Notes: generated by a model not told the origin, from the sequence alone. A stretch of DNA of 64,000 nucleotides from the human T2T-CHM13v2.0 reference genome, Homo sapiens (GCF_009914755.1 NC_060931.1); one strand, 5' to 3'. Numbered from the stretch's first letter, positions 1 through 12,018 are shown. Made by a program: numbers and translations.

Positions 1-642
1 ACTTTACATCTCATATAGACAAATGCTTAATGAACCCATTATGATGAATCTTAAGGCTCCCTACCATTCTGGAACATTAGGTTAAGTTCGGAGAGTTAAG
101 TTAGACATATTAGACATCACTAACTATTTAAGACATAATGGGACCACTGTCTACACTCACCATTTACTCTCTGAGGATTCTTAGCCTATGTGGAGAAATG
201 GCAACACATTAAGAAAATATGACTCAGATTTCATTACCAGGAAAAGAAAACTATACTGTCTGTAACATCAGTTCACTATTATAGGTCTTTACAATTTTAA
301 TTTTTGACAAATATATTTTTTAAAAAAAGGTCTTTTATGTACACACATGAGGCAAAAGATTATATTTTAAAAATTGCCAATTTATACTGTAAAATATGAA
401 TTCTGGGAAGGGTTATTAGTGAATTTGTTTCTTATAAAATGGCATTTATACTTACGGTTGCTCTTGAAAATTTTCAAAAATAAAATCAATATGTTGTGTT
501 TTCACTTTCTTGAAGTAAAAAACTCAAAGTAGTCCTAATGTAAAGCTGTGGAGTACATGCCTTTTGTGTACTTATATTTCTATTAGAATCTTAGAAAATA
601 CAAGTTTGAGACCATCTATAAAATAAATATATTTATTTATCT

Positions 643-924
643 CAGCACTGCCAAATAAAAATAAGTGATCACAAATCTAAATTTTCTAATAGCCACCTTA
701 AAAAAGTAAAAATAGGAAAAATGTTAATATCTTTTTTATTTAGCCCAATATATCCAAAATCATTTTAACATAATCAATATATAAAATTTGGGGTCTTTTA
801 CATTCCTTTTTCATACTAAGTCTCTGAAATCCATTTACAGCACGTCTTAACTTGGACAAGGCTCATTTTAAGTATTCAGTGGCCATACGTAGCTAGTGGT
901 TACTATATAGATTGAACAGTGCAG
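643..924. mobile_element. MER33-like hAT-Charlie DNA transposon (MITE)
   Basis: Termini CAGCACTG...ACAGTGCAG; internal motifs 'ttttctaatagccac' and 'gtggccatacgtagctagtggttact' are typical of MER3/MER33. Confidence 0.75.
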
Positions 925-1360
925 TTCTAGGTTGTTGAAGCAGGAACTATATTTATGATTCAATTATCTGCTTTTTTCAGAAGAACATTATTTTTTGGTT
1001 TGATTATATAGATAGTAATTTTCATTTCATATGTAGCTATGTGGTCACAGAGTCCGAGGTTATAAACAGAACATTAAATTCAAAGTGTGCATATACAATC
1101 ATTTTGAGTGATGTGAACTTACGATGTGAGTGGATCAACAAACACTTAAATACTTAACATGTGTTCAGCAGCAAGACAGACTCAGTCCTCTGCCCTTCAA
1201 CTTGAAGGCTGAGAACTATCTAGCAGGAACTGTAGAAAGGACAACCAAAAATCCAAAATCCAAGCAAACCTAATGTGAAATTACCAAGAGAATATATACT
1301 ACATTCTATAAGGTATAGAATAAATAAATGCCTGCTTGGACATGTGGCAAATAATCTTCC

Positions 1361-1773
1361 TTTTTTTTGAAGGGGGGAGGGAGTTATTTATTTTTATTTT
1401 ATTTTATTTATTCATTTATTTCCATAGGTTTTTGGGGAACAGGTGGTGTTTGGTTACATGAGTAAGTTCTTTAGTAGTGATCTGTGAGATTCTGGTGTAC
1501 CCAACACCCAAACAGTGTACACTGTACCCAATTTGAAGTCTTTTATCCCTCACTCACCTCCCACCCTTTCCCCCAAGACCCTCAAGTCCCCAAAGTCCAC
1601 TGTATCATTCTTATGCATTTGTATCCTCATAGTGTGGCTCCCACTTATAAGTGAGAACATATGATGTTCGGTTTTCCATTTCTGAGTTACTTCACTTAGA
1701 ATAATGATCTCCAATTCCACTATTGGGTATCTACTCAGAGGAAAAGAAGTCATTATACAAAAAAGATACTTAC
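1361..1773 (-). mobile_element. 5'-truncated L1PB-like 3' end with an inverted 5' segment (twin priming)
   Basis: Reverse-strand L1 3'UTR ('ggttacatgagtaagttctttagt', 'cccacttataagtgagaacat') after a T-rich tail. 1720-1773 is L1 sequence in the opposite orientation. TSD GCAAATAATCTTC at 1347-1359 and 1825-1837. Confidence 0.85.
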
Positions 1774-3007
1774 AATCTTCTAATTGTACCTGCAAATAAT
1801 CTTCTAATTTTTCTTCTAATAATTGCAAATAATCTTCTAATTGTACTCTTTTCTCCCAATTATTACCTTCTCTTCCCACTCCTCTAACACTTGTGAAAGA
1901 ATAACTGGAGGACCCTAATTGCCTATAATGAAATGTTCAAAACAAACACATTCCCTCTTCCCGGCCCAAACATCCTGGCATGGCACTTAAGGCCCTTTGT
2001 TATCTGGCTACTTCCTACCTGCTTGCCAGCCACTCTCTGCTACTTGCTGTTCCTTGAATAGATCAGGAATTTCCTGCTTCTACGAAAATTTTTGACGTGT
2101 TCCCTCCGAGAACAAATTGACTTTTCTCTGCATATTTTATCCTTCAAGTCTAAACTCAATGTCACTTGCTACCCTGTACCGCTCTTTGATTCTCCAACTG
2201 CTACAGGACAAATTAAAAATTCTCTTTTCTATTTACAAAGGACTTGATTGCTTCCCTGGAACACACTTTGTATTTAAAGCTGACTGTTTAGATGCCTCGT
2301 CTCAAGCAGGCAAAGTACAGAGTGAGCTTGAAACATCTTGCTCCAGAAAGCAAGAGGGTGCTCAAAAACAGATGTAGACCTGTGAAAAGGACACAACGAC
2401 TGGAACTAATTTGGGGCATTAGAAAAGAATCCTGAGAGAGAGAGGCATTATAATATATTGAATAATGAATTGCCAAAAGCAGGTGGAGAGAAGAAAACCT
2501 ATTATTTACAGAAGAATGCCAACTACTAAAGGAAGGAATGGCAGAATTAGAGAATTAGAAAGGCACCATTTGCAGCCACCAGTGTAATAACTAGTTTAGG
2601 CAAGAACCATCAATGGATGGATGCTTAAACTACTGGATAAAATGTGGAGAAGAAGGATAGCACCCAGTTCCAAAGCAGTACTCCACGTATTGCTTTTAAC
2701 TTCAAAGGAAAAAAAGGTAGCAGAGTGATCTCATGAGTCCGATCTTAGCTAAATGATCAACCTTAGCATCACCAATAAAAGGCCATACTGATATCATGTG
2801 CCTCCTGCTATGATGCTAGGGATGAATACAATATCACCCATTAATACTTGTGGCCAAAAATGCCTGACCTGAATTGAATCATGGGGAAACCGTAGACAAA
2901 TGCAGAATGGGGGCAGATGACAGGTTAGTGGGCCTGAACTCTTAAAAGCTGTCAGTGTCATGAAAGACCAAAAAAGTGAAGGGACTTTTCTAGATTAAAA
3001 CAGACTA

Positions 3008-3335
<328 letters not shown>

Positions 3336-3609
3336 CTAAATACAATGCATGTTTTTTTAGTAGACTCCAGATTTTAGAAAGTTATAAAGAGCACTACTGG
3401 GACACTTGGGGAGTAAGCATATGGACTGTACACTATTATTCCATCAATGTTACATTTTGGGGGTAGATATTAGCACTGTAGTTATGCAAGAGAATGACCT
3501 CGTTCCTAGGAGATACAAGCTGAGGAATTTCAGGTGTTTATTATTATCATGCCTTCAACTTATTTTCAAATAGTTCAGAATGTAATGCACATACACTCAT
3601 ACTCACATA

Positions 3610-3998
3610 TTATATTGTTTGGAGATTTGTCCCTGCCCAAATCTCATGTTGAATTGTAATCTCTGATGCTGGAGGAAGGGCCTGGTGGGAGGTGTTTGGG
3701 TTATGAGGGTGGATCCCTCGTGGCTTGGTGCTGTCTTTGAGATAGTGAGTTCTCTCAAGATCTGGTCATTTAAAAGTGCATGGCACCTTCCCCACAATCT
3801 CTCTCTTGCTCCTGATTTCCCTGTGGTGAGTGCCTGCTTCTGCCTTGCCTTCTGCCATGGGTAAAAGCTTCCCGAGGCCTTCCCAGAAGCAGATGCTGAC
3901 ATGATGCTTCCTGTACCGCCTGCAGAACCATAAGCCCAATTCAACCTCTTTTCTTTGTAAATTACCCAGCCTCAGCAATGCAAGAATGGCCTAGTACA
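3610..3998 (+). mobile_element. MSTA-like MaLR solo LTR
   Basis: 'gtttgg...cccaaatctcatgttgaattgtaat' through 'aaattacccagcctcag...ctagtaca'. Confidence 0.85.
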
Positions 3999-5574
3999 CA
4001 TACAAAGAAATAAATGCAAATGTAGAAAAAAAATGTTAGCACTTGGTGAATCTCAGTGAAAGGTATACAGATTTTGCTGTACTGTCCCTTCAGTTTTTTT
4101 GTAGGTTTGAAGTTATTCAACATTAAAATTCCACAATACAATCTGGGGAAAAAATTTGGGAAGAAAGGCTAGCAACTTAGGAAGGGAAGTGTTTCCCTCT
4201 TGGTTCACCTTTGGTTTCCCTGAAAGCTGAAGTAATGCCATTGCAAAGCATTAAGAAATGTTTATTGATTTAACGTGCATCAAAATAAATCCAAGTTGAA
4301 AAAAAGTGTGCCAAATTTAGGAAGAAATTATCTAGTCTATGATATATCTGCATTGCAGCTTCTTGGAAAAGTATAGAGAGAGATGCTGAGCACACAGACT
4401 GTGTGTGGTGAGGCCCCTTCCTTTGTCAACTCATTGAAGCTCACCAAGGACAGCCTTTACTTCCACTCATTGATGCAGGAGGCCCTGGAAATTAACTTGC
4501 AGTGTCTACCAGAACTTCTTAGTGCTTGTGAAAATGGTAAGAGCGAGACTTATTGTTATGCATGTCTCTGATAACAAGCCATCAGCTGTGCTTTCTTTTT
4601 GAGCCTTATCTCTCAAAACCCTGATCTACTAAGACTCTTCCCAAGGTGAACACTCATCACCTCCCTCTCCTGACAACTAATCCTTCCTTGAACTCAAATG
4701 TCCAAGGAAGGGCTATTATAATTCTATTTGAAACTGGCTGCATTTATCTTCATCTCTCTCAGAAGTCACATTTCCCTTGCCCTTGGATGAGGACTGGAAC
4801 GCATTAGAAGGCTTCTGATGTTCAATTATTCTTCCTTCTCCACATTTTCTGTGTTATGACTCGGCCTGTTGATCGAAAAACAATTAGGCCAGGAAAATGC
4901 TGCTGCTTGGAGGAATCAAAACTAATTATGCCAGTTAGAAAATGTTTACAAAGATCATCAGTTTCAAACATTTAGCCCTTTCTAAAATAAACAAAATCGT
5001 TATTTTTATTTGTTAAAGAGAATTCCCTAATGTATTATGTCATCAGCATGTTCTACTCATAAAAGGCCCCATGTTCCAGTTAAAGAGCCAATCAGAGCTG
5101 CTTTAAGAAAAAAGAAAAGCTTACTGGGCTTATAAAATAAGAACCACAGTCCAAATCCACAAAATGTGACCTTTTTGCATTAATTATTAGTGGTAAAGTG
5201 AATGAACTGTGTAGAACTCTGTGAAAATTTTCAGTGTGGAAAATCAGTATCAGATTTAAACGTTTGTTCAAAGAGAAAGGCTGTCCACAGGCTGTTCTGA
5301 ACTGATTTATTTTGCTCTGTTGCCTTCAAATCCTGTGTCTTGGTGTTGCCTCCTGTGGACACTGACCTGCCCCAAAACCATCCCACAGGGGTGAGAATTA
5401 TGACCTGCAGATGCCAAAGATGACTGAGTCGCAGCCATCCTAATCTCTTGCTGCCCGGCTGTAGAGCAAGGCAAGTCATTTTGTACTGCTGGGCCTCAGT
5501 GCCATCCCTGAAAACAGAGAGTTGATCTTTTCACTGTAATATTTTATGACTTTTGTTAAAAGTCCCTCAGGTGA

Positions 5575-5715
5575 CCTCAGCATCCATTTGTAAAATGCCA
5601 ATAATACTTGTCCCCAGTTACCTCTAATAGTGCTATCGTGAAGATGAATGAGTTAATGTCTGTGAAGAGCTTTGACTTCTCCAGAAAAGTGTTGAAAATG
5701 TGTTGTATTATTATC
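5575..5715. mobile_element. MIR fragment
   Basis: MIR core 'catttgtaaaatg...ataatac...gtgaagatgaatgagttaat'. Confidence 0.6.
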
Positions 5716-6066
5716 ATCATTTCATCTGCACTGAGGAAGCTTTAAAGTGGCATTTGCTTCTATCCTTCAAATGTCAACAGAGATTATTACAGGTACATCA
5801 AACAAACAGAAATGTCATAGAAAAGTGAAAAAAGAGAGGAACATGTGCAGTAGCATGGTATAATTACTTAACATCAATCTCAAACCTGCAGGTGGTATTT
5901 ATACAAATAAGCTAAAGAGACATAATCCAGGCCCTTTTAGAATTTACCAGTCAAGAGGGTCTCTGTGAATCTGCTGTGATTCTGGGGGCTGCCGGATTTG
6001 CAAATCGTTCACTGCTCAATTGAACTCTTTTAAATTTAATTCGGCTGAAGTTTTTCTTTTATCAGA

Positions 6067-6084
6067 TGGTGTCAGAAGTGGGAT
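6067..6084 (+). promoter_or_regulatory. Retroviral primer-binding site, tRNA-Leu type
   Basis: TGGTGTCAGAAGTGGGAT is the 18-nt complement of the tRNA-Leu 3' end (ATCCCACTTCTGACACCA), 2 nt after the LTR's terminal CA. Confidence 0.9.
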
Positions 6085-6177
6085 CCAAAATGGAGCTTCT
6101 AGCATCCCCCAGCAGCGCTGAGTGAATATGCAAGGTACCTGCAGGACCCACTTGTGTCCACTCATCTCTTAGAGCTG

Positions 6178-6345
6178 CTGGGGATCATGGGTAAGCTCCT
6201 TCTTGGATTTCGGAGCTCCGCTGATCTCTCACAGCCACTGGGGATCATGGGTAAGCTCCCTCTTGGATTTCCGAGCTCCACTGATCTCTCACAGCCACTG
6301 GGGATCATGGTTAAGCTCCCTCTTGGATTTCCCAGCTCCACAGAT
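6178..6345 (+). repeat. 60-bp tandem repeat, ~2.8 copies, in the ERV leader
   Basis: Near-identical copies start at 6181, 6241 and 6301 (gggatcatggRtaagctcc...). Confidence 0.95.
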
Positions 6346-7777
6346 TTGTGTTTTGAGCTCTCTGAGTTTCTTTGAGCAAATTTCTGATCCAAACTGGGTT
6401 TGGAGTTGTGACAGAAACTGGACTGGGTACAGGAATGGATTTGATCTGGGAATTAACTGGCTTGGATCCAGTTAGAAGCCTCTTACATCTGACTGGGTCA
6501 GAAAGGAACTGGTAGTAAGCAGTAATATTGCAGGAGTTATAAAATTTGGCTTTTGAAAAATCAGATTTTTGTGTTATACCCCTTTGTTTCATTTTTCTTA
6601 CACTTGGGTAGGAAAAAAAAAATCACTGGCTAAGTTAATCAAGAGAAGCTGAGCGTAAGGCCAATATTTTAGGTAAAAATGGGATCCTTAGTTTCTGGAA
6701 AACTGAGTTCTTTCTGGCTTACGCTTCAGGCCTGGGAGGCAGCGAAGTCTTACAGAAACAGCAAAATGTTACTAAAGATAACACAGTGGAATGTTCCGAA
6801 TGAACAACAATGCATTTGAAGTACATTTTTAAAATGAGGGCTCTAAGTAAAGTCCCTTTTGTCTAAGAATGGGTTTGGCACTACAGCATGTCAACTGCTA
6901 TTCTCTTTGGAATAATCTGCCTTGCACTCTTTGCTGACAACTGTGGGTGACAGGATTAGGCATGTACAGGATCGTGGGACATGGGGAGCTTTTTCCTCCC
7001 TAAAAGGGGAAACTTGAGAGATGATGGGCCTGCTGGAAAAGATCCCTTCGCTACCTAGAAGCAGCCGCCTGAACTTTTTTTTCAGTGTCGCTGCAATGGG
7101 TGGGTCTTTCTCTGGCCTCCCAGATCATTTCACCTTCCCCACCCTGCCTCAGGCAATGCTTTTCTCTTTCTCCTTTCTCTTTCTTATCTTTTCTATTACT
7201 CAGGGCAACCATCTTGCCCAGAGACCACAGGTTGAAACTCCTGGTTGGAGGTTGGATTAACAATGATGGAGCCCAACCAGGTGCAAATTTGAGCCTTGCC
7301 AGTTTGATACTGGGTGCTAATCAGAGCAGCTAATGTCTATGTTTTTGTCACATGTATTTTACTCTGGCCAGAACAGAAAAAGATAATTTTCTTTTCTGAT
7401 GTGGCTTTGCCCCAGCGCGATGGTGTGGCAAGCTCAGTCACGGAGGCCGCTCAGGCAAAGAGAACCCAGAAGCCTGGCATGCCAGCAAAAGGGTAAGAAT
7501 TTCTTACCAGTCAGACTTCTGGCTTCTCTCTTTCTGTGCAAATGGTTGACTGAATGGTAAAAATCACTGTTTATCTCCATCTTGTTTTATGTCCTTGGGA
7601 GCTTGACCTTGTTACCACGTGGCAGTACTTTCTCTTGGTCTCCTCCTTCCAGGGAACAGGAATTTTAGGGTTTATGTCATAATTAGCTCTAAAAATTATC
7701 TTGAGTAGTTAAAAGCCTTTGTAAGCTCACAATTAACTATTCTAGATGCTTTCTGGGAAGAACAGTGAAGACTGCCC

Positions 7778-7849
7778 TATGCTGTAGCTCAGTTGCTAAG
7801 GCTTTGCCCTTTCTTACTGGTGGTCTGGTTTCGATTCCCTGCTTGTGAA
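7778..7849 (+). pseudogene. Decayed tRNA-Glu(TTC)-like sequence inside the ERV internal region
   Basis: A-box-like TAGCTCAGTTG, B-box-like TTCGATTCCC, and TTC at anticodon positions 34-36. By-eye ungapped match is about 42/72 to a recalled tRNA-Glu-TTC. Confidence 0.55.
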
Positions 7850-9576
7850 ATAAAAGCCTTTTCATTTAATTTCTGCATGACCTTGTCTAGTCTCTTCTCC
7901 TTCATGTACTATCTTAAATTTTCCTTTCGCTGAGCACCTGGGAGGTTACCTTTGGTAAAGTTCAAAAGCCGGAAATATCGGAGTGAAGGTTAGGTACTAT
8001 TAGAAGTCAATTTTCCATTTATTTGTGCTTGGGAAGATCTAGTCAAATTAACCAGATGACTGAATCCTTGAATTTACAGAAAGCCCTTGAAGTTCTGAAA
8101 GATTTGCCATGTAAATCCCTCTAAGATTCTGGCTCAATCTTGATCAATTCAGCCAGACCAACTGGTCCACTCAGGCCACCTCTTGCTGGTGAAACTCCCG
8201 CTCCTCTCACAAAGGCATCTTCTCTGCTGCCTGTGTCCCTACGCGGTGCCCTGCTTTCCTCTTTGGCTCCACTGCCCACTCGAGATTCCCTGTTACAGTG
8301 AGTACCTGCCACTCTAGCTCCTCCAGATCTCCTGCCACCCTCCTGCACCAGCCCCTCCCCGACCCCTGCTTTACCCTACGAGGGCCACCGGCATGACTTG
8401 ACCTCTGCTCCTTTAATAATAGATGGTTCTTTCTTATATCTCAGCCTGAAACTGTGACAGTCCCGAAAATGAAATCTCAGTGGTCATGGTGGCTTTTCAT
8501 TGTCTTGTGGAAAAATATTTACAACACAGAAATAGGGGATGAGTGTTTACCATCAAGCAGAATCCATTCAATCATATGGCTGTTTTTAGAATAGAATTTC
8601 ATTTAGTGAGAGTCTGACTGCTGCCTTTTGGGGAAAACATCATTTGATTTAAGTTCAGATGGTCTAATATTAACAGATATGATTTGTTATAGCAAAGGTA
8701 ATGAAGCAATGTCTTAGACTTTGTCCATAAACCTATAAATATACAAGCTTGCTCCTAATATATTTCATCATGACCTATTTTCATTTTTAATTTCCCCTTG
8801 CTGATATACAATAACATTATTTCAATTTAGGAATAGCTGTCATCTTCTTATATGAATATTCTAACAAGTCTGAAAATATTAGCCATTCTTAGAAACAAGC
8901 TACTTTAATTCACAATTAATATATTCTCTTTCTCGTTCTCGTTATAATAATCAATTTTTTAATACTCATACCATGGACTTTTTCCTGATGACAGGCTGAA
9001 CTTCTCTTTTTTTGATGAACCTTCTTTGCATTAACTATCTGCATGCAAAGTTGCATATTATCCCAGCCTCAAATTTATAACCTTCTACTTAGCATTTTAC
9101 TATATCATTGTGGAGTGCTGACATGTGTAATACTATCTTACACATTAAATGTTCAAGTATTTTTTTCTACCAAATAGATTATAAGCTCCTTGTGGGCAGA
9201 AATATGACTTGGTCTAACTTCCTTTATTATAGAATGTCTAATCTGCAAGAAACCTTATCTATTATTTAGTTCAGTGGTTTAATACAGATAAAAGTGAGGC
9301 TGCTCCTACTTTAACCAATTTAAAGTGCTAGGCTCAAAGTTCTCTTCACTTGACTTTACCTCATAACCAAACCAAGTTGGCCTTAGGGAACTGGCTAGGT
9401 CTTCAGTGCTTCAGAGAATGTATTTAAAGAGCCACTGATATAATATCCAAACACTTTATTTCAAGACAGGGAAACGAATTAAAGATACCTTATTGACCTA
9501 GGATGCCCAGCACTGAAATTCAAGTCTGTTGACTTGTAGCTCAGTGTATTCTCTCTTATAACAAAATCAAACTATG

Positions 9577-9712
9577 GGCCAGCCACAGTGCCTCCTGTCT
9601 ATAATCCTAGCACTTTGGAGGCTGAGGTGGGAGGATCACTTGAGGCCAGGAGTTTGAGGCCAGCCTGGCAACATAGTGAGACCCCATCTCTATATATATA
9701 AAAAAATAATAA
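9577..9712 (+). mobile_element. FLAM / left Alu monomer
   Basis: Single Alu arm with an A-rich tail; degenerate TSD caaaatcaaactatggg / caaagtcaaattacggg. Confidence 0.85.
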
Positions 9713-10789
9713 ATTTTAAAAACCCAAAGTCAAATTACGGGCTTTAACAAATTGGTTGGCTCCTCAGAAGTATTTTTGGATTAGCTAAGCAAAGTTAAAT
9801 GATTAAAACTACATACTGAATATCTGAATTGCTTGAACATGTGGCTATGTTGCCTATTTTTTCCTAAAGCTTAGTGATTCATGTAGATTGACTAAAGTCA
9901 CAGGCTTCAAGCCGGTGGCAAAATGGATTCAGAAGTTTCTCATCCTTGATTTTTGTGTAAGCTACAGACCACAGGACACAATGTACTTAACTGAAACACT
10001 CTGTACTGCATTTTCTTATTTAGAAAATGCACCAATTCCATTTATAAACCACTATCTATAGAAGTGTTTCTTTTGTTGTGTCAGCCATTATTTAATTAAG
10101 TAGTATTAACAGTCTAGACAAGGAGGAATGAGGAAATGGTCACACAGGCTTAGCTGCTAAGACATGGTTCAATATTTGGCTTTTAGTAAAAACATTTTGC
10201 TGTATCTGTAGTAAACACATTAGATAAAAATTAAAGGTGAAATTTCAGTTAATCCACTTTCACTGCTGATATGGCAAGATTATTAGAAGAAAGGCTAACT
10301 ACAGAGCCTTTATTTATGATTTAGGAAAATAGACCTATATTGTTAGAGAAGAAAAAAATTCACTTGTTATGAATGGCTGTATTTGCAACTGAAAGAATAT
10401 CAATATATCAGACATCAATTACACCAAAGATAAGATGATTACAAACCTTCTATGTAGAAAAAACATTCATTTTGAAGTATTTGGAGACAGGGATGGAGAG
10501 TGGCAATTTTGTTTTTGTACTAAAAAAATCATTCCTCAAAAGCTGAGTTATGAAGTTTGTACAAACTAAGATTATATTATATCAAAGCTGCAGGTTAGGA
10601 AGTCATATTTACTTGGTATGTATAGACAAATTTACAACTCTAATCAATTTGGTAGAAAGTCTACTAAAATTGAACTAATTTTTTAAAAAGCCTGTCAAAT
10701 CACAACTAGTATGTATGTGTAGAAATGGCCTGAGATAGCTTTTCTGTATTCTTAATTAAGAAATAAACAATCCCATATATTCCTTGCAA

Positions 10790-11922
10790 GTATCTAGCCT
10801 GGAAGGCATGAAAGAACCCTGGCTCCTCCCTGTTCCTTTGATGCCATCAGTGGTATCTAGTTGTTGGGGGTTTCGGGGCAACCTCTGATTCAGACCCTTG
10901 TGGCACCTTGTTGATGACCAGGATCTTACCTACTCATTGTGGTCCAATCAATATTGGGTGGAACCCTCTTGATGGCTACCATTTTGACCTCTCACCTTTC
11001 TTCTTAATCCATGACACTCTTTGCAAAAAGCAATCTAGGAAAGCAGATATCCTCCCCCTTATTCTTCCTAAAACATCCGCGCCATCGGAGAAATGTGATG
11101 AATAATTACCAATATGCCTTTTTAGTGTTGTGCCTGCTGAGTGTTGGTGAACCTCTTCCTCCAGAGATGATGGACATAGTTGTGATGTCTCACTGTTCTA
11201 TACTTTGCTTGGAGGTAACTACAGACTGGCCTCTACTTGGGCACTTGAGGCCATCTGATGTGTCTGGAGTAACAGCTGCCTCTGATCTTAGGCTTGGGGC
11301 AGCTTCACTTATGAGTACTGGCTGTGAGCCTCTGAGGCTTCATTCTGTTAGTGCTGGGGTATCTCATTTTCCACTCATTGATGGAGTGGCAGTGATGTGT
11401 GTCTCCTCTTCTCTGAGTCAAAGAGGCATCTCCTACAGGACATGCTGCAGGCCTGTGGATTGGTGCTGAGGTGTTGTAGGTATTTTTGTTCTAAGCATTA
11501 ACAGGACTGACACTATCTATTTTGGCCCTTATTCCATAGAGGTCTTTTCCTTCCAAAGAAATCCAAAGGCATACACAACCTATCCCATATTTCATTTCCC
11601 TGTTGAGGGATGAAGAAATCATCTCAGCAGATTGTTTCTTTCCTTCTCATCTAAGAGATATGTTTATATGTGTACATGGCAACAGGGATGAGGAACCTCC
11701 AGATTCTTGGCATGATTTCAGGCATCTGGACACAGCCCTGCCTCTGGTATAGGGCCTGCTGTACTTTCTTCCTTGTATCCTCCCAGGCACTTCACTGGAG
11801 AATGACTGATCTCTTCTTGAGTCAAGATTTAAATATACTTCAACATACTAATGACTTTTATTTACTAGATTTGCCATTTAAGCAGTCTTTATCTTCTGCT
11901 GTTGCCCTAGTATTTATAATAT
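10790..11922 (-). pseudogene. Candidate decayed large coding exon (Ser/Thr/Pro/Glu-rich)
   Basis: Repeat-free ~1.1 kb with higher GC than its flanks. Acceptor ttcctctttgattcag| at 11923 and donor AG|gtaaga at 10929. Protein-like frames are broken by stops and shifts; no homolog recognised. Confidence 0.3.
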
Positions 11923-11957
11923 CTGAATCAAAGAGGAATAGATTCTTGAAAAACTGT

Positions 11958-12018
11958 GCCACACACTCTAGCCTGGGTGACAGAATGAGACTCCATCTCA
12001 AACAAAACAAAACAAACA
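11958..12018 (+). mobile_element. Severely 5'-truncated Alu (~45 nt plus tail)
   Basis: 'cactctagcctgggtgacagaatgagactccatctca' plus an (AAAAC)n tail. TSD AAAAACTGTGC at 11949-11959 and 12019-12029. Confidence 0.9.

Larger units (their letters stand above)
5956..7981 (+). mobile_element. MER57-type (MER4 group, ERV1) fragment: LTR 3' end, PBS and ~1.9 kb of non-coding internal leader
   Basis: LTR terminus '...aatttaattcggctgaagtttttcttttatca' ends at 6064, followed by a PBS and MER4-group-like internal sequence. No gag/pol ORF and no 3' LTR. Confidence 0.8.

Noticed and set aside
1550-1879. ORF with repeated LEDYLQ motif
   Set aside because: Produced by the reiterated L1 target-site filler and L1 sequence.
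4440-4536. Plus-strand exon candidate ending ATG|GTAAGA
   Set aside because: Ambiguous acceptor and no recognisable product.
6154-7496. ORFs in the ERV fragment as gag remnants
   Set aside because: Short, partly caused by the 60-bp repeat, and lacking gag/pol motifs.
11011-11469. 152-aa plus-strand ORF
   Set aside because: No recognisable homology; more plausibly the antisense shadow of the minus-strand coding-like segment.
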